Below, piece after piece: positions 1 through 12,086 of a DNA stretch of 64,000 nt. Positions within the stretch are counted from its first letter, which is position 1. Each line of letters begins with the position of its first letter. The translations under genes and the position numbers were made by a program. The notes under the pieces were generated by a model. That model was not told where the DNA came from, did no database searches, and was given only the letters and a program-made list of their open reading frames with translations. Source of the DNA: Azolla caroliniana (Eukaryota > Plantae > Polypodiophyta); contig JBHGNT010000002.1 of the NCBI GenBank assembly GCA_043228905.1, positions 5,084,001 through 5,148,000 of the forward strand, given 5' to 3'.

Positions 1-576
1 GTTTTTCTTCATGTGAAATGAACTTGGATTAAATAATAGTAGGGGTATTGTCAATCGATTTTAGAAGAGTTAAGCGCAATATGGCAAAGTAAAGAAGATG
101 GGTATTCCAGTAATTGGTGAATAAGTTAATTAAGGGGAAGAGCAAGGGGGGGGGGGGGGGTTGATTGTCTCATTTTTGTCATCCTTAAATATTGATTCGT
201 TAATGTACACAATTTTTATTCGACGTGTGGGATCTTGAAGTTGCAATGAGAAAATTTGAAAAATTAGGAGCACATAAGCTATTTTCTTCGTAAAATTAAT
301 TATAGTTTATGTTTCATTACAACATGTTGCATAGAAGAAATCTGAGTATATACAAAATACTGAACAAATATTGAATGATCACATTTTTACATCGAATATA
401 ACGAGTCATTACTTCGCACAAATGATGTTTTACTTAGTTTAATAAACTTACCTGAAATTTGGGTGTTATGCCTACATTATTGATATTTAATTCTAAAAAT
501 TTAAGCACAGTCAATTAAGTATTCTTCACACTACATTTCCGTAGTCCTAGAGAAGGTGATACAACACATTGTGCTT

Positions 577-1225
577 CGTGGGAACCTTAGCTCTCCTAAT
601 TGTGTAGAGTGCCCACATGCAATAGAATCAATACGACATGCTCTATGGCACTGGGACTGCCCAACGTCCCATCGAATATGGCGGGGGGTTGGCCGCTTGT
701 TGCAATTATGCCAAGTGCAAGGCTCAATCAAATGGGGAAATATATGTTGGCTATCATGGCAGACCGTAGTTGGCAGATACGAGCATCAAGAGGAGGGGAT
801 GACTTTAGTGATAAAAGCACAAGAGGTCTTTTTCTCCTCCAGCGGCAATGTCCACTCCACTCCTCTTAATGACAAATCTCAAGAGGTGTTGGAATTGGTC
901 AGCCCAATAACTCTTTGGATTCTATGGAAACAACGGTGTATACGAGTCTTCTCCAACCAAATCACGCATCCAACAAGGTTACTGCAAGAGATATGGAGTG
1001 AAATTGTAGCCACTCTAAAGAGCCAATATGATGGCCTCAAGGGCAGCTCCGATTGAGTTGAAAGACAACGAATAGCCTTCATCCAACAATGGTCGTCCTC
1101 TCCCTTTCTTGAGTCAGTGGGCATCCACATAAGATGGAACTATCACGTCCCTATAGGGATTTGTACATAATCGTCTCATTTGTAAAATTTTATAACTAAT
1201 GGGAGGAGTTTTTTTTGGAAAAAAA
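577..1225 (+). mobile_element. 5'-truncated L1-type LINE (3' end of ORF2, zf-RVT-like) with A-tail and 14-bp TSD
   Basis: ORF 556-1056 has CVECPHAIESIRHALWHWDCP...LWILWKQRCIRVFSN, typical of the plant L1 ORF2 C-terminus. A-run at 1219-1227. AACACATTGTGCTT is duplicated at 563-576 and 1226-1239. Confidence 0.85.
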
Positions 1226-1345
1226 AACACATTGTGCTTTGCATTATGCACAATGTGTGTCTATTGTTATCAACTTGGGTTCCATTTAGCTTTCTTCGCT
1301 ATCAAATCTAATAGTTGATGTCTTGAAGGGTGTTTTATTACATCT

Positions 1346-1378
<33 letters not shown>

Positions 1379-1899
1379 GGTTTTCTGTGTTTATTAAAAT
1401 GAAATCTATCTATTATGTGGTACCCTAATGATATGTTGTTTTTTTATTCGCTTACGTAGCAAGTATTCAAGTCTCACTAATTCCACTCATTTACAATATG
1501 ATGTTGTGGAGTGGAAGGGCTAAATATATGTCCCATATGTGCTTACCACAAGGTTACAACCCCAATGAGAGAAAGACAATCATATTTATATTTGGGAACA
1601 ATGTGCAAAGAAATTTCTTATCTTCATCTTCCATAGAGAGATAGAGATGATGGTGGTGATGATACTCGAAGGAGAAAACATGACCTATGATACCAAAGGG
1701 AAATATTTCACATGGTATGTGTAGACCCTATCAGTGACAATATGGAAGAACTTTAGTCATGAACATTGCAATAGAGTACAGGTTGGGCATGTGAAGGAAA
1801 TGTGTGCAAGGACCAATCCAATTGACAATTTGGGGAAAGCAAACATGAATGTGATTGAACATTGTAGTATAGTGTTACAACTTACTCATGCGACGACCT

Positions 1900-2408
1900 T
1901 GTTTAGAGGGAATATGCATCATTTATGAGTTTCCTTGCATATGCCCCCAACATCAAATCTTATATCAAACAAAATTTGAACAAAGTCATATGGAAGCAAT
2001 GGTGTGGATGCATAAAATGATATTTTGTTCAGGGGGAAATATGCATCATTTATGAGTTTCCTCGCATATGCCCCCAACATCAAATCTTATATCAAACAAA
2101 ATTTGAACAAAGTCATATGGAAGCAATGGTGTGGATGCATAAAAGGATATTTTGTTCAGGGGGAAATATGCATCATTTATGAGTTTCCTCGCATATACCC
2201 CCAACATCAAATCTTATATCAAACAGAATTTGAACAAAGTCATATGGAAGCAATGGTGTGGATGCATAAAAGGATATTTTGTTCAAGGGGAAATATGCAT
2301 CATTTATGAGTTTCGTCGCATATGCCCCCAACATCAAAGCTTATATCAAACAGAATTTGAACAAAGTCATATGGAAGCAATGGTGTGGATGCATAAAAGA
2401 ATATTTTG
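1900..2408. repeat. Tandem repeat, 127-bp unit x4
   Basis: The unit TGTTCAGGGGGAAATATGCATCATTTATGAG...GGATGCATAAAAGGATATTT recurs at ~1900, 2025, 2152 and 2279 with few substitutions. Confidence 0.95.
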
Positions 2409-2730
2409 TGACATGTAGGGTCAATTTGGTTTTCTATTAAAAGAAGATGGTTTTGTAGTTTGGTGCAACATATAGAATGTAACATGTGAAACTTAAGCTC
2501 AACATTTAACCCAACCCGTAAAAACGTTTCACATTAATCCTACATAGCCATGGTTTAACTTTAGCAATTCAAATATAGTTGAATGATTTGATTTCGTTTC
2601 AAAGATCATTGAACATTTGATCTTACTTTACTCGGGTTCTAAAACTAGGATTTATCGGTTTACGTGGATGGATTTAATGGTTTATTAATTATTGTTTACA
2701 TTTTTTTGATCCCCTAATGGTTTAATTAAT

Positions 2731-3800
2731 GGGAAAAGTACCATGATACCCCTGGAAGTTTGTCTATTTACCAGAATGCCCCTGGAAGTTCCAAATTTAT
2801 CAAACTACCCCTATGTCCAAAAAAAATCACTTTATAAAGTAATTATACACTCAAATCTACAAGCCTTATTTACCAAAGTACCCTTAAACCTAAACTTATT
2901 TACCATAATGCCACTATATACCTATTTTGACCAATTTATACCACTTTTATTTTTCAAAATACAACATAAATCAAACTAAATTATCAAAATTATATTCTAT
3001 GTCAAAATTTTCAATTGAAAGGTCGCCTAAAAATCCAATTCTATGAATTTACACCGAGTTATAACTTATACTAGCTTAATCCCATGAAACCAAAATTTGT
3101 GATTCAAGTGACCAAAACTTAATCTTAAAACCAAAACATTTAGATCGCACACCAAAATTTACCATTGGGATGCCATTTTGAAGCCAAAACCCATGAATTT
3201 GCGGCCAAAATGTTAAACCAAATCTCACGAAAAAATTTGCTACCAAAATATCATTTTAAATGAAATCTCACATAACACTTTGCTATTAAAATGCCATCTT
3301 AAACCAAATTTCATGATTTTACACTAAATTTTGTTAGCAAAATGCAATCACAACTAAATCTCCTCAATCTCATCAATTTCAAAAATACTTGCAAACCAAA
3401 ATTAATTATCGAAATGTAATAATTACATGTTAATTTTGATTCGTCTACAAAATGTGTAATTCCAAAAATATCCACAAAATCAAATATATCTATCGAAACA
3501 AAATATCTAATAATGCACAAGGTAATCCCATATTTTGATGATGAAGACGATTGATCAACCCAATGAACAAGAAAGAAAAGAAAGACTATGTATTGTTAGG
3601 TACAAAGGACCCAAAGAATCGCTTAAGTAAAGAAATTTGTGTTTGAAGGGTATTCTAGTAAATAGGGCTTGTAGATTTGAGTGTATGATTACTTTATTAA
3701 GTATATTTTTTTGGACATAAGGGTAGTTTGGTAAATTTGGAACTTTCAGGGGCATTCTGGTAAATACACTAACTTCCAGGGGTATCCTGGTACTTTTCCC
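2731..3800. mobile_element. Non-autonomous Mutator-like element (MULE/MITE), ~170-bp TIRs, 9-bp TSD
   Basis: Starts GGGAAAAGTACCATGATACCCCTGGAAGTT and ends AACTTCCAGGGGTATCCTGGTACTTTTCCC. Inverted similarity extends ~170 bp. TTAATTAAT flanks both sides (2722-2730, 3801-3809). Confidence 0.9.
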
Positions 3801-5423
3801 TTAATTAATTTAACTTAAATATTTTAGCAATTTAGTGGTTTTTTAACTTAACGGTTTTTTTTAATTGTTTGATTAATTTGACTTGAATGGTTTAGTTTAG
3901 ATATGTGATTGAATGGTTTGGTTTGATGTCAACCTTTCATTAAATAGTTCAGTTTAACCTTTTCATTAAATGGCTTAGGTCTAAACGGTTTGGTTTAAAT
4001 GGCTTAGGTCTAAACGGTTTAGTTTAAATGGCTTGGTGGTTCTTAAATAATTTTGTTTGGTTTTTGTTATGTTTAAATAATTTGTTTACAAGGCCAAGAA
4101 ACTGAATTGAACTTAAACGAAACTGGACCCGTGCCTAGTCCCAAAGTCATATTTAAGAATAGACAGTTTCTTAGAGTGGTTTTACATCAAATAAAAACTC
4201 GAGTTCATGAATCATGAGGAAATATTTTATATGCCTGGAAGCCTTATCCTCATAAGGTTTTGAGCTTTTAAATTTGTTGTAAAGTGGGCATATAAAAAAA
4301 TATCACTTCACTATTCTTCATATTCCACATCACCATATGTGCACGACAGAAGCTATTGACTTATTGATGCTTATACTCCCAACTTTTTCGAAAATATAAA
4401 CAGCAACAAAAAAACGTGCTCTACATGGAACTGTACATACATAAAGTCAACAAAGTGTAGTTCATACATGTTTTTTAAAACATGGATGCTTTTTTTTTAC
4501 TCCATAACATGTTATCAAGTCTCATCCTGGTAAGGTGTTGGCGGCTTTCACAATTGTAATGTGGACAGCTTCAAGACATAGTGCTTCGTGGATCTTTCCT
4601 ACAAACATCTTTCATGATTCAGTTGGCTCTCTATTCATCAACACGTACAAAACATATCCCCAACTCTTTGTGCATAATATAACCCTCCCAAAAACATGGT
4701 CGATTTCAAAGTGTACACGAAAACAAATAAAAACATGTGCCAATATATACATACATTAAACCTTTTTGCATAGTTTACCATGGTACTCATTAGTTTCCAC
4801 CAGTTACCAAAGCACTCCTCAACGTTATAAATTACCAAAACACCTATCGATTTGGGACTTTACAATATTATGTTACAAGGTGCACAATGGATGTCATAAA
4901 AAAGTAACACCTTTTCACTTACTTTTTATAACATTTTAGGAAATGGGATCCTTGGAGAAGGGTGTAGGGTTCTTTCTTTTGCAATGCAAGGGGCCCATTA
5001 AACAAATGTTTGCTTCATTGTTCTTTCTTCATGATTTAATTCAAAGTCCCTAATAGTTTAAGCAAATTAATTTAAAATCTCTAATAGTTGAAGCAAATTA
5101 ATTTAAAATCTCTGATAGTTGAAGCCATTGTCATGCAATGGGTGACTAAAAGTTTGATGATTAAACTCGGTGTGTATCGACAAGAGTTAAAAGCTTACAC
5201 TAACCACAATGGCAGATTGTAAACAACATTTAGCTCTATTAAGAAGTTAGCCCCATTGAAACATTCAAATTTATGCCTTTTGTACAAGAGCAGCATTGAT
5301 ACTGTGATAAGTTAGAACAGATGTTGGTTGTACAACAGGAAGAGAAAGCGTAGCCCCCCTTCACTTAGAAATTGGGGTACCTCTTCTTTCCAGTTTTCTT
5401 TTCTTTTACAACTCAATCTAAAC

Positions 5424-8400
5424 TTAGTTAGTTGATAATGATTCAGTAAATACATTTTGTAGAATGAATTCATATACTTTCCTTTTAACCCTCTCAAGAA
5501 TTTCTACCACTTCAGTATCTAAAGGCCTCTCCTCATCAGATTCCACCGTATTTACCCATTCATTTACTCTCTTTATCTGAGATAGCATACATGCAATGTG
5601 GTTTTCTTCTTGTGCTTCATCCTTTGCACACAAAAAAGAAGACCCACATGAATCTAAAGCTCCTTCCACATACTTAAGAAACCATCTTTGCAATTCTACC
5701 ATCAAATGGATTGCTAGATTTGACGTCTCTTGCATCCCATTTGATCTGAACAAACTATCTACATTTGTTGGTGCGGGTTTTATAGTGACATTCTTTGCAT
5801 TAGATACTCCCATGTTTTGCTTCAATGCTCTGAAAGGTGAAGGATGCCTTCCTTCTTGGGTATTGGATTTTTTCTCCTTCTTGTGTTGATTAACCATCTT
5901 AGCTTGGATTATTTTGTTGGGAGTACATGATGATCCTTGAACTGATGAGCTCATTGATTGTAAATAAGATCCATTTTGAGATGTACTGGAGATAGTCTCA
6001 CTTGATTCTTTTTGAGACTCATTCACATGTGACGAGACATGCCTATCTTCTTGACAAGAACTATCGAACTGCTTACAGAAAAGAGAAAGAGGAGCAAGAT
6101 CAACAGATAATGCTGCCCCAACCCAACAAGCTGCATTTACTAGAGTCTCAATTTTGACATTAGAGGATACACTGTTAGCTGTCTCTTCTTGCTCCTTCTG
6201 CCATGACTTTGATACTCTTATAACCTCACACAAAGATTGATACAAAACAAAAAAACATTCTATCGTAAGCTCTGGAATCTCTGGTTTGGCTAAAGCCAGC
6301 AACTCAGCAAACATGCTGCAAAAATCAAATTGACAAACGAGTATCAGCATGAGATCTTCGTCATACTACCCATTCAAGGTTAGCTTTGTAATCAACAGCC
6401 ATAAATGCAAAAGCAACTATCACTTATGAATGCAAACCAAAATTATAGTCCATAAATGCAAAACCAATTACAGCTTAAACTTTGAAGGCACCTATAAGTG
6501 CAAATACAATTATAACGTGAAACCATGCATAATGCAAAGTCTTATCATGACATCTTCATAATTTCATGCACTCACATTAGACTTGGAATAAACTTGAAAG
6601 CACCCATTTCAGTTGCCACAAGTGCAATGCAAAAACCATACATTATACAAATTCTTATTATCACACAATTATTTCAGAAACTCAGATTAGACTTAGTGAT
6701 GACTTGAAACCACATATGAATGCAAAGACAGTTATAACATGAAATCAAGCATAATGCAAAATCTTACCATCACAGCTTTTATCATTTCAGATTCCGATTA
6801 GCATTCATAATAACATGAAAACACATTTTAATGCAAAGGTAGATTATGGATGCCTTCAAATTATATAACCATGGATAATGGATGCAAAGTCTTGCTAACC
6901 TTAAACATCTGATCACAGACTCAGCTGCGGATGCTTCTTGTAAAGCGCGGGCAGCCACTAACGATGTTATATTCTTTTTCTGCATCACTTCCTGCCATAA
7001 AAACAGTTCCGCTTTAATTAGAGCTGAAATTTTCAATTGAGGGAATCATTTATTTACCGAAAAGCCACCAAGTTTTCATTATTTCCCCAACTGTACTTGA
7101 TCAACCCCATCTGGAGCATCCATAGCTATTTGAGGAATTATATATTCAGTTCATCCCCTACTTTTCTCTTCCGGGGGTTGACAAGGGGCACTTTGGCTAA
7201 ATAATATGAAATTAGGGGCAAATGAGGAAATAAACAAAAAAAACTCCACGGTATTTGGGAGCTTTTAATTACCTTGCCCAGAGTACTCAACCTTGGTGGC
7301 AAGGTTTCCCATGGTGTGCTTCCGTCTGTCCATCTCCTATCATGAATGATAGGCTTATGCTCATGGAGTACACCATCACTAGGGGTAACCTTCTTCATCA
7401 AATATGCCTTTTGATGTTTGCTATCCATCTTATTCTGAGGTTTGTCATCTGCTCTCTGCAAAGCATCTCAACGGAATTAGTTAATTTTGAAGAATTCTGG
7501 CGTTGACCTCATCCATCACCAGAGATGCATACCCCATACTTCAATAAACCTAGAAAGGGTGAGTGGAAAATCACAGGAAGGCTTTAAACATTTCCCAGTG
7601 CAAAGCAAAGTACCTAGCTTCTCTCATATTTCCCTTCATCATTCAACTCTTAAATAGTTTATAGACAGGGATTGACTATCTGGCTAAGTATGTTACACCT
7701 AATGCTTCTGATACTGGCTAAGTATGTTACTTATGTATTAAGAGTCATTTTAGGTTTAATAAGTGGTGGTAATAGATTATCTATACATCTAATTTCTCTA
7801 AGTATTTTCCTCTATCTTTGGTTATATCAAAAAATTGACACGTAGTCTACATTGATATGGTGTAGAGCAGACCATGGATTGGATATAAGGGCCATGGAAA
7901 ACACCCTCAATTCTGGTGTAAAACTACGTCTTAAAAAACATCCTCATTGGCACAAGGTCAGGTTAGATAAAGATGATTTCATGGGTTAACGGATTAGAAC
8001 ATGTACTGATTAGAATTAATCCCTAGTGAACCTAGTTCCAATAAGAGAACATAGTGGCCCTCATTAAGCTAACTACCATATTAGACTACAATATCATTAC
8101 AACTATAGGCCTAATATGACTCCTAATACAGCATATCCCTAAATATCAAATGTTAATTTGAGAAAGTGTTCGATGTTTCCTCGCCCTAAGCCCTAAGCCT
8201 CCAATATGGAGAATAGGGCGAGGAAACATCTCAGACTTTATTATGAAAAGAAGAAAAACTAACTAACCTGAATTTTACTTTCGACACTCTTTGGTTCCTT
8301 GTTCTGTTGAAGAGAGACATTTTCTTTGCCGTCAGAATAATGGGCTTCTTCACCACTCTTCTTCAATCCAGCATCAGCAACCTCTGGTTTCACACATGAT

Positions 8401-10025
8401 GAGGACGAATAAATTGAAGACCATCGTCGATTCGAATCCATAGATGCATCTCTTTTTCCAGCACTAATCGATCTCTTTGATGCTGGCGAAATGTGTCGGA
8501 CCAGCTTTCCCAAAGGAGAAAGTTGTCTTATTTTGGCACCAGCAGAAGGAGAACCTTGCCTAGTTTTTGCACCTGGTGAACTTTGCCTATATCTAGAAGG
8601 AATAATATAAGCTCCTCTAAATTTAATATCTTCGCTAATAGGATTCATGATTTTCCTCTCTTTCTCTGATGAAACCTTACATTGGTCTGATTTAATGTTT
8701 CTACTTAGAGGTGAGATGGCTTGCTTTGGTATCGAAACTAATGATGACCCATTAGAATTCTGTGATTTGCTTGCTGGTGAGGGATCTCTCGAAAGTTTAT
8801 TGGAATTTGAAGCTTTTCTTCGAGCTCTCAAAGCTGCATCAGCGTCAACTAGGTTTTCTTCATCACAAACAATTTCTGTTGAATTGTCAAGATTGCTTGA
8901 GTTTATCTTGGATATGAGTATCTCAGATGTTTCATGGCCGGGGTTCATAGAAGCTCGAGAATGTCTTACAAGCTTTTCTGATAATGAATCTGAAGCTTGA
9001 GATAGTCTTTCGACATTGTCTGACAATGAATCTGATGTCTGAGAAGGTCTTTCATATTTATCCATGGATGAATCCGTGGAGCGAGAATGTCTTTCATACT
9101 TTTCCCTGGATAAATCTGCAGCTCGAGAAAGTTTTCCATACTTGTCCATAGATGGAGTAGAAACTTTGGAATGTCTATTGAACTTGTCAGTTGGAGAATC
9201 AGAGGCTCGAACAGGTCTTTCAAGCTTGTCTGAGAAGGAATTGGGAGCTCGAGAAGGCCTTTCAATCTTGTCAGAGGACGGATCAGAAGTTCGAGAATAT
9301 CTTCCGATCTTGTCTGCATGTGGATCTCGAGAAGACATTTCTATCTTTTCTGAGTATGAATTAGAGGCTCGAGAAAATTTTCCAATCTTGTCTGAGTATA
9401 GATCGGTAGCTCTTGAAAATCTTTCATCTCTCTCTAAAAATGGATCTGAAGCTTGAGAACGACTTTTCTCAGAATAATGGGAGGATGGAGAAGATCTTCC
9501 GCTCAACTGTTTCTTACACGATTTCTCAGAACACGGTGGTTCCATCTTACCTATTTTGGAACTCTGAACTGAGCTACAGTTTCGAGTTATGGAATCGGAA
9601 GCTTCTTCAGCGTCGGATCCATGTTTTATGTGGAGAATCTCATCGAAAACGATGTCTTTAGGGTTTCCAACACAACCATGTCTTCCAGGTAGAGGTCTAA
9701 CACCGACCAAACGAGGAAAACTTCTCTGGTTATCACTTTTATCAACAGATTCAAGTCTTTCCACATAGACAAACTGACCTAATTGTATCTTATCTCTCAG
9801 AATCAGATCATTATCTTTGTCGCAGAGAGAAACATAAGCAGCGTGGGATGAGTCCGAGACTTTGACATAGAAGCCTTTATGGGGCCAGAGCTCACCTTCT
9901 TGAGCTAAGGCGGGCATAATTCCTATGACTTGAAGCATTACGGATCTGTGGTCACCTGCAACCTTGGCATGAGAATCGGTGTTCTGGAGAAGCTTTACGA
10001 GGACTCCGGGATTCAAGGACGCCAT
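5424..10025 (-). CDS. DUF936 family (CORD-like) microtubule-associated protein, ~974 aa; exons 10025-8268, 7455-7273, 6991-6900, 6315-5424
   Basis: N-terminus [14 protein letters not shown]...[16 protein letters not shown]...[22 protein letters not shown] and later [12 protein letters not shown] / [15 protein letters not shown] / [11 protein letters not shown] motifs are characteristic of DUF936. GT-AG introns join in frame (2925 nt). Confidence 0.9.
8950..9460 (-). repeat. Coding tandem repeat, ~12 x 14 aa (42 bp), in exon 1 of the DUF936 gene
   Basis: [14 protein letters not shown] / [14 protein letters not shown] / [14 protein letters not shown] / [14 protein letters not shown] / [14 protein letters not shown] / [14 protein letters not shown] / [14 protein letters not shown]. 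Confidence 0.85.
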
Positions 10026-10058
10026 GGAAATCTAGCAGAGAGGAAATCTTAACACACA

Positions 10059-10330
10059 GGGTTAGGGTTAGGGTTAGGTTAAGGTAATTTCAGGGCGGCC
10101 ATGGAGGGCTTGCAGAGGTGAAGGCGTCGAGGTAGCGATGGGAGCTTGCAGAGAGGAAAAGCCACACGCAGAGTTAGGGTTGGGGCCTAGGGTTAGGGTT
10201 AGGGTTAGGGGAGCTTAGGAACTCTCTTCAGACAGACAGACAGACAGACAAACTGAGAGCGGGAAACGCGTGCTCATTTTCCCGCCAAATTTTCAGATCT
10301 CCCGCGAAACGGACGCAATTTCCCGCCAAA
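10059..10330 (-). promoter_or_regulatory. DUF936 5'/promoter region with telomere-like (TTAGGG)n runs and clustered E2F consensus sites
   Basis: GGGTTA repeats at 10059-10080 and 10172-10210. TTTCCCGC at 10278-10285 and 10319-10326, and its reverse complement GCGGGAAA at 10259-10266. Confidence 0.6.
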
Positions 10331-11645
10331 TAATCCCCCCCCCAAAAATATATATATATATAATATATTTGCCCGGGAAAAGAAACTCGCGACGTTTTAA
10401 TATCGAAAGTGAATTCCATGAAAATCAAAACACTTTTTTATACTCGAATGACTGAAACATTCTCGAATGCGATAACACGTATGGTACGTATGGTACATAC
10501 TATGCATGTATGTATGTTTTTTTTTGTACGTATGTATGTATGTATAGCTATGTATCTATGCATGTATAGCTATGTATGTATGTATGTATGCATAGAATGA
10601 ACCATACGTATCATACGCGCATTCTCATTCGCGTTTGATTCAATAAAACGTGAATGGTAAATCAACTAAAAGTTGGATTGGTTTGACACGTTTGATTGGA
10701 TTAACTATCGTCTATATTATAATTTATGAGGTAAATTTGCAATGAAAACAAATGAAAAAAAGAAAAAAAAAAAAGGAGCACGTATTTTTCCCCTTTCAAA
10801 CGTGTACGTTTTGCAAACGTTTGAATGCCTCCACGAACACGAATATTACGTTCTATGTATGTATGTATGTATGCATGTATAGATAGATAGAAGTGTGTGG
10901 TTTGAGTTTGTATTAGCAGGAAGCTCGACCATATTAATTGTTGAACCCAGTGTTTCATTAAACATAGTGAGTTCTAGAAAGTTCTTTCCCCATGTGATGG
11001 AAAGAGCTAACGGTTGTCCGATGTTTTCGTTTAAGAAGAGCAAATTTTAGATCGGTACGTGTCGCGCAAATACGTTGGTTCGAGAGAGCTAAGTCGACAA
11101 AGTCTTCACGACCTGCTAAGCATGTTATGCGAACAAGTGATCCAAATTTAGTCGTTGCATGTTTACTCACAACTTGATACTTCATGTAACCTCATTAGAG
11201 ATTAAATCAAGTAACATAATTAAGATCATGTTTTCTAGGACATGTAGGTGACAATAAAGTGTTCAATACTTTGCCTAATAAATGATACAATAATTTAAGT
11301 AAATTTTCATAAATATATAGGTGCTTATCTTCAGTGAATCTTCTTCAAACTTTACTATGTATGTGTATCAAAGGGTGTTGATATCAAAGATATTAGATTG
11401 AAATAGATGTTTTAAATGGAAAACATGTTTTTTCGTTTCTCTTTGAAAATACTAGACAATGAAAGTATAGTTTGCATAACCATAGCACATTGAAGGACTA
11501 GTTCATATCGCTAGAAAATTTCCAACAAGTTATTCAACACGAGAAGAGTTGTGGGGAATCAATTAGATGTGATTGTAGTATGGATCTCTATCTTCATATT
11601 TCGTATCGCTAAAGTGCAAGATATTTGCTTTGTAGTTATTATGCT

Positions 11646-12086
11646 TAGCAATTGGCAACGGTTTGGTTTGACCTGAATTGAACCGTGAAACCGTGGCTAA
11701 ACTGTTTAAATGGTTCGGTTTGAGCTTTTTACCGGCTTAATGGTTTCCAGTTTGCAATCGTGGTTTACATTGTTTGACAGTTGACACTTAATAATTATCT
11801 TAAGTATTTTTTTAACATTTTATGCTTATTTTCGATATTTTAAGAATAATCTTTAAATTTTGAAATTTTGAAATATTGAATTTTTAAAATGTGATCATTT
11901 GAACATGACCTAACTACCCAAACCGAGCCACGAAATTGCATTTTTAACGGTTAAAAGGTTTGAAAACCTCTAAAATCACATGGTTTGAGCTTAATTTTTT
12001 TGTAATGGGTTCAATTTATGTTTCAAAAATTTTTAATGGTTTGAGTTTGACATTCTTGAACAGAACTGAACCGTTGCTGATTGTTA
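11646..12086. mobile_element. hAT-type MITE (441 bp), 8-bp TSD
   Basis: Imperfect TIR TAGCAATTGGCAACGGTT... / ...AACCGTTGCTGATTGTTA. ATTATGCT at 11638-11645 and 12087-12094. Subterminal AACCG/CGGTT motifs. Confidence 0.85.

Noticed and set aside
1900-2418. ORFs 2025-2309 and 2152-2418 as duplicated genes, or a CRISPR array
   Set aside because: They are by-products of the 127-bp tandem repeat, with no spacers or gene structure.
4530-4870. Possible decayed transposase fragment on the minus strand
   Set aside because: Only a vague motif resemblance (YNVEECFG), not supportable without a search.
7501-7551. Alternative acceptor TTTCTAG at 7550 for DUF936 exon 2
   Set aside because: It gives GTT TAT TGA, an immediate stop. 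The TTGCAG acceptor at 7456, with an upstream CTAAT branch site, keeps the frame.
10059-10210. Interstitial telomere or chromosome fusion site
   Set aside because: Only 3-4 repeats per run, all in one orientation and at a gene 5' end. Better explained as telo-box-like promoter motifs.
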